DNA of 64,000 nt, from positions 330,274,001-330,338,000 of the forward strand of contig OZ024740.1 of NCBI GenBank assembly GCA_964016885.1, read 5' to 3'. Below the pieces are notes generated by a model. It ran no database searches. It was given only the letters and a program-made list of their open reading frames with translations, and was not told the origin of the DNA. Shown in pieces: positions 28,273 through 41,300 of the stretch. Position 1 is the stretch's first letter. Every line of letters begins with the position of its first letter. Source of the DNA: Eledone cirrhosa (Eukaryota). Both the position numbers and the translations under genes were made by a program.

Positions 28273-28845
28273 TAAACGGAATAGAAAATGCTGACAAATT
28301 GTTCACAGTTGAAAAATGGTTTAATTAGGAATAAAAGAGTATTCGTGATTGTATGGGTTAGTATTCAGTTGTGGTTTTAAGTTTTTAAGTTTTTACCGGT
28401 TGCGCATTTCTAAATGCTTTTCAAAAATAATTTTGAGATAGAGTGTCCGTGCTGTTTGCTCTGATCTGATTAGTTTTGGGAATTCTACCTGTTTTTATGT
28501 TAAAAAAATGGCTCCAGCGTTATTTTTGTGTTGTAAAAATGCTTGTGGTCAAAACAATTTTGATTGGTCGGTAGAGGTCATGTGAATGTAAAAAGTTGAT
28601 TTTGCGCCAAGACTGTTTTTATGTTAAAATGTTAGAAAAGTGGCTCCAGCAAAAATTATGGTCAAAACAATTTTGATTGGTCGGTAGAGGTCATGTGGAT
28701 AAAAAATTGGTTTTGCGCCAAGATTGAGAAATGACTCTTTCACAACAAATGTGTGTGTGTGTGTGTGTGTGTGTAGTAGTAGTAGTAAGGTGTTCGATGC
28801 TGCGACAATAGCCACCAGCGATGTGTGTCACATGGCTATTAAGAT

Positions 28846-28885
<40 letters not shown>

Positions 28886-28913
28886 ACATACACACAGCAG
28901 ACACACACACACA

Positions 28914-31900
28914 CAACTGCCCATAAGTGTTGAGGGCAAACGCCCGAAATGCTTCCGCTGTGGATCGAAGACTCACCTCAGGGCCTTCTGCAACGAGAAG
29001 ACCCTGAGAAAGGAGAAAACCCCCCTCCTTCTGAAACCGGCTCCACGGCTACCAGCAACAGCACAAGCGGCAACCAGGAAATCAAAAACAGCAGCAGCAG
29101 TGGAAGTATAAACAACAACAACAGCAATACCAAATGCAGCTGCAACAGAGACTCCAGTGCAAACATCACCAACAACAAGTGAAAGAGTGGAGCTGGTACC
29201 CCTCCCCGACCTCACAGAATCAGACATGGAGTGTGAGGTGGGAGAGGGATGGCAAAAGGTTGTAAGAAGGCACAAACGCAGAAGCAGCGCATCGGCGCCT
29301 TTGAAAAGGGAGGAAAGAAATGAAAAAAGGGTAAAGGCTACTGCAAAGAGACTCACAGCAGCAACACCACCAACACCATCACCACCCACACTAGCACCAC
29401 CATCACCACCGGCGACAACCCCACCGCCAACAACACCTTCAACACCACCACCACAAGCACCAACATCGCAAGCACAACAACAAAACACACACATCCAGCA
29501 ACAACGACAAGAAAATAGCAGCCCCCCCCCCCCGAAAAACAAATGCACGGCAATAAATACACACAACAAGAAACTAATGACTTACATAATTGAACACACA
29601 GACATTTCACAACACGACTACATAATACCAGCACCAATCAAAACGCCAACTAACATAAGACTGCTAAAAATAGCACAGAAACAATACACAAACATTAAAA
29701 CGAAATTCCCCAACGCAGTTGGTGAATTCAGAGACCTAGGAGGGACACTCAACCGAAGAGTATATTCAGACATACTCATAGAAGAGCCGACGACCAGCCG
29801 GAGGAACGATTCAACGGTCTCTTCACCAGACGATCAAGTGAAAAGGGATGGAAAAACCATCCCTCCTCTACGAAGAGTACGGTAAGTGGTCTTTCCCACC
29901 CTTTCCACTCTATTTTAAACATGACCTCACTCAGAATAGGCAGCATAAATGCGCGTGGCTTGGGGTCGTCATGGAAGTAGGGCCACCTGCTCAACGACCT
30001 CAGGTCACTAAACATAGATGGAGTGGCCATCAGCGAGACCAGAATCACCGAAGCACGGGCCTTCGCACCGATCTTCGGCGGCTACGAGTGTAAGCAACTA
30101 CCAGCCGTCCTGGATCGGGGGGAGAAGTTGCTGTGCTTTTTCGAAGAAGTTTGGATCTCGCCATACGGGCCATCTTCCTGGACCCAGAGGGTAAGTTGGT
30201 GGTGCTGGACGTGACCAGCGGAGACGAGCAAGCTTTCAGGCTAGTGGCCGTCTATGCCCCGACAGGAGCAGGGTGGCCTGATTTCTTCCGGCGTCTGGAG
30301 ACCTTTCTTGGAACGTCCCGCTCTTTAGAGTTAGTGGGCGACTGGAACGGGATCTTAGATGCACGATGGGACTGTGTGGGATTAGCGGATAGGGGTGGAG
30401 GGTGCAAGAGCCTCACCAACCTGCTCAGGCGTTTTGAACTGTCTGACTGGTACCGATTGGGTTTCCCGAATGTGCCAATGTGGACTTGGACAAATCGTAT
30501 AGGGTCATCCAGATCATATCTAGATAGAGTATTTTGTAGGGAAATAGATAGGTCTAGCATAGGCTGTCCACAATTCAAGATAGTCAGCTACACGGACCAC
30601 AAATTCGTGATCTGTGTGCTTGACTTAGATAGGCTTCATAGACGAGGACCCGGCTACTGGAAGCTAAACGCGTCCTTACCAGCGCACAATGCCTACAGAG
30701 ACCGGATTAGCGAACTAGTTAAGCAGGCGTTGACGCGGGCCATCGTCAACAGCAGGTGGTGGTTTGCTCTGAAAAGAACGATTAGAATAGAATCCATTAG
30801 GTTTAGTACGGCTTTAGCAATAGAGAAAAATAGAGCAGAGGGAGAACTAGTTAGAAAATTAGACGAGGCGCTTAGCAAAGGCATTGCGACCGACGTGCTA
30901 GCGGCGAAATTGGCCCTTGACCAATTCTTCAATGCAAAGCACGAAGGCTGCGTTGTCAGACCAAGGGTGCGTGCTCTCAGACACGAGGGGACGAAAGCCG
31001 TTCAATGGGCCCGAGTGGCGGAGGCGCGTCGTGGCAACAAAGTCATGATCCGGTCTTTGGTGGACCATGACGGGCGCATGCTACTCGATCCCGGGCAAAC
31101 GTGTGAAGCTTTTCAGCGACACTTTACTCAGCTGTTCGGGGGCAGCGGTGGGCCGGGTCGAGGGATGGACTTTAGTGTCTACCTCGACGGACTGCCGCGG
31201 CTCTCGGCCACTGAGGCGAAGTGTTGCGAAAAGCCGATAACAGCCGCTGAAGTAAGGGAGGCAATGACTGGCTGCACAAGGGGTAAATCGCCTGGTTTGG
31301 ATAGTCTGCCCTATGAACTTTACGTACAGATGCCAGACTTGTTCGGAGGCCTCTTGGCGGACGTCTACTGCAACTGGCAACAGAACGGGATAATTCCCAG
31401 TTCTGTGAGCCGAGGAGCGGTGGCACTGCTGAGAAAGGATCCGAACAAGGGGGATAACATAGATAATTTCCGGCCCAAAACTCTGCTAAACACAGAGTTC
31501 AAGATTTTGGCCAAGGTGCTAACAAAGAGGTTGGCGCTTGTCGTTGGTGGTCTGGTGGAAGAGGCGCAGACATCCGCCATTCCCGACAGATCCATCCACG
31601 ACAACCTCCACCACATGCGATACATCGTAGAGAGGGTAGCTAGGGAACCTCGCACGGGTGAGTGCTTGATAAATTTAGATCAGTCGAAAGCTTTCGATAG
31701 GGTCGACCATCGTTACCTAGCGGCAGTCCTGAGGGCGGCTGGCTTTGGGCCCGTCTTCAGAGGCTGGATGGCTGCCATGCACAGCGACTTCTGCTCTGTG
31801 GTGAGAGTGAACGGTCACCTGTCGGAACCGTTCAACATCATGCGCTCGGTCCGCCAAGGATGTCCCCTCTCGTCCCTTTTGTACGTTTTGACTCTCGAGC

Positions 31901-32826
31901 CATTACTGCACATACTGGAGAGGTTGAGGGGCGTCCCGCGCGAACTAGGATGCGGAAGATCCGTGTCAGCATATGCGGACGATGTCACCATAGTGGTGTC
32001 GAACGCCAAACACATCGAGGTGATCGGGACTACACTAAGAGAATACGAAGCGGTGACAGGAGCAATGATCAACCAGGAAAAGTCAGTGGGCCTGCAGCTC
32101 GGCACCTGGAGAGGCAGGTCCATGCCGCCTAACAGCGTCGTCGGACGCTGGACGGTGGACCGGTTAAATTGCCAGAAATGGGCGGAGAGGAAGCTATCCC
32201 TGAAAGGTCGAGCGGAGGTGGCTAACGCGTACATCGCGTCTGTCATCTGCTACCGCCTGACCGTCGTACCTTGTCCTAAGCCTCGCCTGACTGCGCTGGA
32301 GCGTTTGCTCTTTCGCTTTTTGTGGAAGGGACGCGCTCCGATGGTCAGGGGGTCCATCTGTTGTCAACACCCGCTACGTGGAGGGCTGGGCATGCCGTGG
32401 CTGATGATTCGTAGGCACACGCTCAGGCTACGACATCTCCACCTCTTCCTCGACGGTGATCAGGTGTGGTCACCGTTTGCGAGACACGTATTTCCCCAGC
32501 TCGTTTCCTTGGCGGAGCTGCAGTCCTGGGTCAAGCGAAGACCGAGAGGGAGCGCCTGGAGACTGGAATGTCTTCAGGCGCTCACAGCCCCCGACCAATC
32601 GGGCAATGTGATCGGCGGAAACTCCACCTCGGCGTTCTATAGAGGATTAGTGGAGGGGAAGAGCGACGACGTACTTGGGGAAACTCTAGGCGTCGACAAA
32701 AATCAACTAGCCAATCTCTTCGGAAGAACTTTCGGCCCATTTGTACCGTCCTGTATTGTCCTGCACTGTCCTTAATGTCTACTTTATGTAAACACTTGTG
32801 GTTAATAAAGAAATCATTATTATTAA
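28914..32826 (+). mobile_element. Tx1/L1-clade LINE copy 1 (5'-truncated, defective; type A ORF1)
   Basis: Starts inside ORF1 just before the CCHC knuckle. ORF2 (ATG 29921) has a TAG at ~29978, a frameshift at ~30090, a deletion at ~32170 and a ~700 bp deletion at ~32737 that jumps to the 3'UTR. Ends aataaagaaatc(att)n. Confidence 0.95.
29921..32740 (+). pseudogene. ORF2 (APE endonuclease-RT) of copy 1, disrupted
   Basis: VAVYAP, GDWN, SYLD, TDH (APE); LDQSKAFD, RQGCPLS, YADD (RT). Confidence 0.95.
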
Positions 32827-33154
32827 TATTTGTTGAAAGATGGGTGAGAGAAGCAAGTATGGCCCGAATGAATGGGCCTTCTCTGAGTATGTGTCTGTAA
32901 ATTAAAGGTGGAAAACTGGGAGAGGGCACTTGCCCTGGTGGTCAGGGCCACTGTGGTCTTTTAATGGGCTTTCTCCACAAATGTCCCTCGGAAGTCACCC
33001 CCCTATTGAGGAATTTTTCTTTGTTATTTTATTTCAACCTCTGTTTTTTTACACGCAGAGATGCCCATTTGTACCGTCCTGTATTGTCCTGTACTGTCCT
33101 TAATGTCTACTTTATGTAAACCCTTGTGGTTAATAAAGAAAACATTATTATTAA

Positions 33155-33183
<29 letters not shown>
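32827..33183 (+). mobile_element. Tx1 copy 1b: ~350 bp 5'-truncated 3' end of the type B subfamily
   Basis: Matches 53622-53957, including diagnostic gcaagtatggcccgaatgaatgggcctt and aaagaaaacatt. Begins directly after the (att)n tail of copy 1. Confidence 0.95.
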
Positions 33184-33185
<2 letters not shown>

Positions 33186-33207
33186 AATTAAATAATAATA
33201 AAGAAAT

Positions 33208-35990
33208 AGTTATTATTATTATTGTTATTGTTATTCCTTGAATCTCAGTCATTGATGTTGGTTAACTGGAAAGTCCGTTGGATTGAATATCAAGCCACTA
33301 CCTGCAGCCTCAGATATTCAGGACGTATCGGAGGGTTCTTGCCGTTCCAAGCAAGCATGCCTTTTGAAGCGTTCCAAAAAGGGGCCGATTTTCTTTAACC
33401 ATCCCTGGAAACCTTTGGAGATAGTCCCCAGTGCGCCTATGACAATCGGGATCACTTTGACTTCATGGCAGTTCCAAATCCTTTTCACCTCCCACTTTAG
33501 GTCCTGGTATCGGTTAATTTTCTCCCTCTCCTTCTCTTGCACTCTCGTGTCGAACGGGCAGGCCACATCCACAATCAGGCACGATCTTTTTTCTTTGTCC
33601 ACAACCACCAGGTCAGGTCTATTGTGTTCCAGTTTTTTGTCCGTCAGTATCCTAAAATCCCACAGCACCTTCACCTGACTGTTCTCCATCACCGCCTCTG
33701 GCCTATGCTCATACCATTTCTCAGAATGTGGTAGATTGTTTACTTTGCACAGGTGCCAGTGGATCACCCTGCCCATCACATCGTGTCTCCAGCCCTTATA
33801 GTGGGTCTGGGCTAGGTGTTTACACTCGGACACAATGTGAGCCACAGTCTCCTCTCTCTCTCCACGAGCCACAGTCTCCTCTCTCTCTCCACAGATCCTG
33901 CACAGTGGGCTAGCCTCCTCCTTGTAGATATGGTGCTTCAACCACTTCGTTTTGAGGGCCTGCTCCTGCGCAGCCATTAGCATTCCTTCTGTAGCCTTTT
34001 TGAGGTCTCCTCTTCTCAACCAGTTCCATGTCTGTGGATCTTTAAATTCAGTTTTCTCAAAGAAGGTACTATGAAGGGATTTTCCCTTAAGGCTGCTCTT
34101 CCTCCTTGATGTTATTTCCTCCTTGGGTATCCCCTGGCCTACTGTCCCCTCCTTCAGTACAGCTCTGAGCATTGGCTCCTTACTATAGGTCACGTATTTG
34201 TATAGGTTGTTTTTCTCCATCTGAACACAGTCCTCTATGCTGATAAGACCTCTTCCACCCTCAGATCTCCTTAGGTAGAGTCTATCGACATCACTCCTCT
34301 TGTGGAACATGTTGTAGATAGTCAATAGCTTCCTAGTCTTCCTATCCATTTCTTTTTGTTCAGCAACATTCCATCTCAGAATTCCCGCACTGTACCTAAT
34401 AATAGACACAGCTCGGGAATTTACTGCGCTTATGGCATTTCTGCTGTTCAGATGTGACTTCAATACGCTCCTTACTCTCCGAATGTATTCAGTTCTTAAC
34501 AATTCCTTCATTTTTTTGTTCTTGATGTCATCAGCCTCCAGAACGCCCAAATACTTGTATCCTTCCTCAGAGTCAATTTCCTTTATCATCTCACCTGTTG
34601 GTATCTGGATTCCGTTACTTCTGCTCAGCTTACCCCTCCTCATCACAATGACTCCACACTTACTAATACCAAATTGCATACATATATCATTGCTGAAAAT
34701 ACTGACAGTGTCAACAAGCACATCCACCTCCTTCTCACTCTTCCCGAAGAGCTTAAGAACGTCCATGAAGAGGAGGTGATTGATGGTAAGCCCTCCCTTT
34801 CCCAACCTGTATCCTGCTCTCACTTTTCGCAGCATAATGGTCAAGGGCATCAGGGCAAGGACAAACAACAGAGGGGACAGGCTATCTCCCTGGAAGATAC
34901 CTCTCTTGATCTTCACGCTTCCCAAGGATACTCCAGTTGATGTCAACTCTGTCTCCCAGGACCCCATACTCCTGCCCAGCAACTGTCTGATGTTATCTGC
35001 CACCCTGAAGATCTCCAGGCTTTTGGTGATCCAAGAATGAGGCACCATGTCAAATGCCTTTCTGTAGTCTATCCATCCCATGGCAAGATCAGTGTGTCTC
35101 CTCCTGCAATTCCCCATTACCATCTTATCAATAAGCAACTGGTCCTTTGTACCACGTGACTTCTTTCGGCATCCTTTCTGTTCGTCCGGCAACAAGTTGT
35201 TTGTGTGGAGGTGATGGTAGATTTCCTCAGACACAATGCTCGTCAACAGTTTCCACATTACAGGCAGACATGTGATAGGTCTATAGTTGGTAACATCATT
35301 ACCCTTGATTCGGTCTTTCATTATCAGAACTGTGGTACCTTTTGTCAACCACTCTGGCACCTCACCCGACACCAAGCAGTGATTGAACATGGCCGTCAGC
35401 TTCAGGTGGAGGGATGTTAAATGTTTAATCCAATACCCCTGCACACCATCTGGGCCTGGTGATTTCCAGTTGGTTAGTTTTTTGGCTTGCCCCTTAAGAG
35501 TTTCAACTGTGATACTCAAATCAGTCTGTTGCTGTGCCTGCTCACCGATCTCCCTCTGTACTGTCTCAATCCACCCTGCCTGGGCATTGTGTCTAACATC
35601 CTGCTCCCATATTCCTCTCCAGAATGTTTTAGCTTGTTCCGCCCCAGGGATCAAGTCGTTGCCTCTTTCTTTCCCCTCAAGCTGTCCAAACAGCATCTTC
35701 TGGTTGTTGTCGAACATGCGGTTCTGTTTATACTGACTGACTCTGTTCTCGTATCGCCTGATTTTGGCACTCTTTGCTACAATGCGTTGCTTCAATTCCT
35801 CTATGATAATATTTAGCTTTTTACTCCTAGTTTTGTATTTTATTTCCAGTCTATTTTTAGTGCCTATGTTTTTTAGTGTCCCATTCAGTAGTGACTCAAG
35901 CTTTCCTATGTCATTTCTCATTTCCCCGATTTGCCCACTCAGTCGCTTCTTCCACCACGGCTCTGCTCTTTCTTGTCTGTTGTTTCCTCA
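33208..35990 (-). mobile_element. R4/Dong-clade non-LTR retrotransposon (RLE type), 5'-truncated
   Basis: Flanked on both sides by (TAA)n on its own strand. Begins at EPWWKKRL and has a short 3'UTR and an (AAT)n tail. Confidence 0.9.
33318..35921 (-). pseudogene. RT + CCHC + restriction-like endonuclease ORF of the Dong-like element, probably inactive
   Basis: WKSPGPDG, NYRPITCL, IDYRKAFDMV, GIFQGDSLSP, FMDV (second catalytic Asp lost), CRIC..H..C, RHD, RPDLVVVD..DVACP..EK. A frameshift precedes the expected QKACLLGTARTLRYVL terminus. Confidence 0.92.
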
Positions 35991-36179
35991 TTATTATTAT
36001 TATTATTATTTTTAACCGTTAAAACAATTGTAAATTGTTTAAAACTTGAACCAAATTGTTGATAAAGACACCCTCCTCCTCGTGAGAGGGGTCTTTCTGT
36101 CCGTTATTTGGCCCTTCGGGGTTAAATAATCAGTTATTGGGGTTTTGTACCCAAAATTTCATTTTAAACAAAAAACAAC

Positions 36180-38277
36180 ATGGCTACGAAAAAGAAATTT
36201 CATACGTCACTCCCACTCATTCCGTCTTCTTCTTCCTCAATCATCACTACAGCAGAGAGAAGATTGTCTCTCTCCCTCCCTTCTTTAAATGTGTCTCTCT
36301 CCCTCCCTTCTCTTTCGCAAGTGACGAAAGAAAAGAAAAGTCTCGTGCAAAGCGTGCAAGGTTTCTCCACGACGACGACGACAGCGACGAAACAGGTGTG
36401 CGGGAAATACGAAAACCCAGTTCATTCGTCTGACGTCAGGAATAATAGCAGTAGCAGCCGTAATAACAACAGCAACAGTGACAATGAAAACAACAGTAGC
36501 AGCCGCAACAGCATCACCAGCAGCATAAACAACAACAGCATTAGCAGCAGCAACACCAACAACAACCACAGCAACAGCGGCGGAGGCAGTAGTCGTAGTA
36601 CCTGCAACAACAACAAAAGTACCAGCAGCTCTGACGACAACAACAACAGCAGAGAAAAACCAATCTCATTTGCAGGTATTGCGAAAAACTTGGAAACAAT
36701 CCTCATAACAAATGAGGAATTAGAGGAAGCGAAGAAGATGGTGACAAAGAACGGACACCGAGCAATCTGCAAGGCAGCGAAAATTTTTTTCGAAACCCAA
36801 GAGCACTGTACGGTCACGTACCGTACAGTAAGTACAAAATCCCGTAGGGTGGAAAGAGCCACAGAGGCCCAAATACAAAAAGCCTTGGGGTCTGTGTGGC
36901 AGCGGAAAACGCACATCACCCGAGGCAAAAAATATGCCACCGTAGACGTACTTTTTGCCACACCCCAGGAGGCAAAGGCCCAATCAGTAGTGACCCTAAG
37001 GAGCGAGGAAATGGTGTTGGTGCCCTCCTACTGTGGGCAAAAAATTGTGAGGGTCAAACTGACCCACGTCCCCCCCCGGAATGACCCCTTCTTGGCTGGC
37101 CGCGTCTGTCCTCGTCGGAATCGAGGACAAAACAATTGTACTGCAAGTACAGAAAAAAGTAAGAGAAGATTGGGTCGGCTCCTCCATTGAGATGCTAATC
37201 CAAACCAACCAGGAGTGCATCGAAGCTATCCCGGATGTGATAGACTTCTATAACGGCACTCAACTGCACATAAGTGTTGAGGGCAAACGCCCGAAATGCT
37301 TTCGCTGTGGATCGAAGACTCACCTCAGGGCCTTCTGCAACGAGAAGACCCTGAGAAAGGAGAAAACCCCCCTCCTTCCGAATCCGGCTCCACGGCTACC
37401 AGCAACAGGACAAGCGGCAACCAGGAACGATAGGCCCGTGGCACCCATACCCACTCCACGGAAATCAAAAACAGCAGCAGCAGTGGAAATACTAACAACA
37501 ACAACAGCAATACCAAATGCAGCTGCAACAGAGACTCCAGTGCAAACATCACCAACAACAACAAGTGAAAGAGTGGAGTTGGTACCCCTCCCCGACCTCA
37601 CAGAATCAGACATGGAGTGTGAGGTGGGAGAGAGATGGCAAAAGGTCGTAAGAAGGCACAAACGCAGAAGCAGCGCATCGTCGCCTTTGAAAAGGGAGGA
37701 AAGAAATGAGAAAAGGGTAAAGTCTACTGCAAAGAGACCCACAGCAGCAACAACACCAACACCATCACCACCCACACTAGCGCCACCATCACCACCGGCG
37801 ACAACCCCACCACCAACAACACCTTCAACACCACCACCACAAGCACCAACATCGCAAACACAACAACAAAATACACACACCCAGCAACAACGACAAGAAA
37901 ATAGCAGAACCACACCCCACCCCCAGAAAAACAAATGCACGGCAATAAACACACACAACAAGAAACTAATGACTTACATAATTGAACACACAGACATTTC
38001 ACAACAGGACTACATAATACCAGCACCAATCAAAACGCCAACTAACATAAGACTGCTAAAAATAGCACAGAAACAATACACAAACATTAAAACGAAATTC
38101 CCCAACGCAGTTGGTGATTTCAGGGACCAAGGAGGAACCATTAATCGAAGAGTATATTCAGACATTCTCTTAGAAGAGCCGACGACCAGCCGAAGGGACG
38201 ATTCAACGGTCCCTTCACCAGACGATCAAGTGAAAAGGGATGTAAAAACCATCCCTCCTCTACCAAAAGTACGGTAA
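36180..38277 (+). pseudogene. ORF1 type A of copy 2, +1 frameshift
   Basis: A C8 run at ~37070-37077 (C7 in copy 3) splits it into ORFs 36180-37190 and 37081-38277. Knuckle CFRCGSKTHLRAFC is present. Confidence 0.9.
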
Positions 38278-38312
38278 GTGGTCTTTCCCATCTTTTCCAC
38301 TCTATTTTAAAC

Positions 38313-41300
38313 ATGACCTCACTCAGAATAGGCAGCATAAATGCGCGTGGCTTGGGGTCGTCATGGAAGCAGGGTCACCTGCTCAACGACCTCAGGTCAC
38401 TAAACATAGATGTAGTGGCCATCAGCGAGACCAGAATCTCCGAAGCACGGGCCTTCGCACCGATCTTCGGCGGCTACGATGTGTACGCATCTCCCAGCCG
38501 TCCTGGATCGGGTGGAGGAGTTGCTGTGCTTTTTCGGAGAGGTTTGGATCTCGCCATACGGGCCATCTTCCTGGACCCAGAGGGTAAGCTGGTGGTGCTG
38601 GACGTGACCAGCGGAGACGGGCAAGCTTTCAGGCTAGTGGCCGTCTATGCCCCGACAGGAGCAGGGCGGCCTGATTTCTTCCGGCGTCTGGAGACCTTTC
38701 TTGGAACGTCCCGCTCTTTAGTGTTAGTGGGCGACTGGAACGGGATCTTAGATGCACGCTGGGACTGTGTGGGATTAGCGGATAGGGGTGGAGGGTGCAA
38801 GAGCCTCACCAACCTGCTCAGGCGTTTTGAACTGTCTGACAGGTACCGATTGGATTTCCCGAATGTGCCAATGTGGACTTGGACAAACCGCATAGGGTCA
38901 TCCAGATCATATCTAGATAGAGTATTTTGTAGGGAAATAGATAGGTCTAGCATAGGCTGTCCACAATTCAAGATAGTCAGCTACACGGACCACAAATTCG
39001 TGACCTGTGTGCTTGACTTAGATAGACTTCATAGACGAGGACCCGGCTACTGGAAGCAAAACGCGTCCTTACCAGCGCGCAAGGCCTACAGAGACCAGAT
39101 TAGCGAACTAGTTAAGCGGGCGTTGACGGGGGCCATCGTCAACAACAAGTGGTGGTTTGCTCTGAAAAGAGCGATTAGAATAGAATCGATTAGATTTAGT
39201 AAGGCTTTAGCAATAGAGAAAAATAGAGCAGAGGGAGAACTAGTTAGAAAATTAGACGAGGCGCTTAGCAAAGGCATTGCGACCGACGTGCTTGCGGCGA
39301 AATTGGCCCTTGACCAATTCTTCAATGCAAAGCACGAAGGCTGCGTTGTCAGAGCTAGGGTGCGTGCTCTCAGACACGAGGGGACGAAAGCCGTTCAATG
39401 GGCCCGAGTGGCGGAGGCGCGTCGTGGCAACAAAGCCACGATCCGGTCTTTGGTGGACCTCGACGGGCGCATGCTACTCGATCCCGGGCAAATGTGTGAA
39501 GCTTTTCAGCGACACTTCGCTCAGCTGTTCGGGGGCAGCGGGGGGCCGGGTAGAGGGATGGACTTTAGTGTCTACCTCGACGGACTGCCGCGGCTCTCGG
39601 CCACTGAGGCGAAGTGTTGCGAAAAGCCGATAACAGCCGCTGAAGTACGGGAGGCAATGACTGGCTGCACAAGGGGTAAATCGCCTGGTTTGGATGGTCT
39701 GCCCTATGAACTTTACGTACAGATGCCAGACTTGTTCGGAGGCCTCTTGGCGGACGTCTACTGCAACTGGCAACAGAACGGGAGAATTCCCAGTTCTGTG
39801 AGCCGAGGAGCGGTGGCACTGCTGAGAAAGGATCCGAACAAGGGGGATAACATAGACAATTTCCGGCCCATAACTCTGCTAAACACAGAGTTTAAGATTT
39901 TGGCCAAGGTGCTAGCAAAGAGGTTGGCGCTTGTCGTTGGTGGTCTGGTGGGAGAGGCGCAGACGTGCGCCATTCCCGACAGATCCATCCACGACAACCT
40001 CCACCTCATGCGATACATCGTAGAGAGGGTAGCTAGGGAACCTGGCACGGGTGGGTCCTTGATCAATTTAGATCAGTCGAAAGCTTTCGATAGGGTCGAC
40101 CATCGTTACCTAGCGGCAGTCCTGAGGGCGGCTGGCTTTGGGCCCGTCTTCAGAGGCTGGATCGCTGCCATGCACAGCGACATCTGCTCTGTAGTGAGAG
40201 TGAACGGTCACCTGTCGGAACCGTTCAACATCATGCGCTCGGTCCGCCAAGGATGTCCCCTCTCGTCCCTCTTGTACGTATTGACTCTCGAGCCATTACT
40301 GCACAAACTGGAGACGTTGAGGGGAGTCCCGCGCGAACTAGGATGCGGAAGATCCGTGTCAGCATATGCGGACGATGTCACCGTAGTGGTGTCGAACGCC
40401 AAACACATCGAGGCGATCGGCACTACACTAAGAGAATACGAAGCGGTGACAGGAGCAATGATCAACCAGGAAAAGTCAGTGGGCCTGCAGCTCGGCACCT
40501 GGAGAGGCAGGTCCATGCCGTCCAACAGCGTCGTCGGGCGCTGGACGGACGGACCGGTTAAATTGCTAGGGGTCTGGTTCGGTCCGGACCTCCAGACGGA
40601 CAAAAACTGGGACGAGGTGACGAGCAGGGTGGCTTCTCTCACCCAGAAATGGGCGGAGAGGAAGCTATCCCTGAAAGGTCGAGCGGAGGTGGCTAACGCG
40701 TACATCGCGTCTGTCATCTGCTACCGCCTAACCGTCGTACCTTGTCCTAAGCCTCGCCTGACTGCGCTGGAGCGTTTGCTCTTTCGCTTTTTGTGGAAGG
40801 GACGTGCTCCGATGGCCAGGCGGTCCATCTGTTGTCAACACCCGCTACGTGGAGGGCTGGGCATGCCGTGGCTGATGATGCGCAGGCACGCGCTCAGGCT
40901 ACGACATCTCCACCTCTTCCTCGACGGTGATCAGGTGTGGTCGCCGTTTGCTAGACGCGTTTTTCCCCAGCTCGTTTCCTTGACGGAGCTGCAGTCCTGG
41001 GTCAAGCGAAGACCGAGAGGGAGCGCCCGGAGACTGGAATGTCTTCAGGCGCTCACAGCCCTCGACCAATCGGGCAATGTGATCGGTGGAAACTCCACCT
41101 CGGCGTTCTATAGAGGATTAGTGGAGGGGAAGAGCGACGACGTACTTGGGGAAACTCTAGGCGTCGACGAAAATCAACTAGCCAATCTCTTCGGAAGGAC
41201 TTTCGGGCCAGGGCCTATGGACAACTTCCAGAAATCTCTGGCCTGGCAGTGCTACCGAGGAGCCTTGCCAGTTCGGGATAAACTCTACAGGCATGGAGGT

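Noticed and set aside
36063-36097. 5'UTR hairpin of type A (aaagac..gtcttt) as an HDV-like ribozyme
   Set aside because: I could not identify the nested double pseudoknot by eye.
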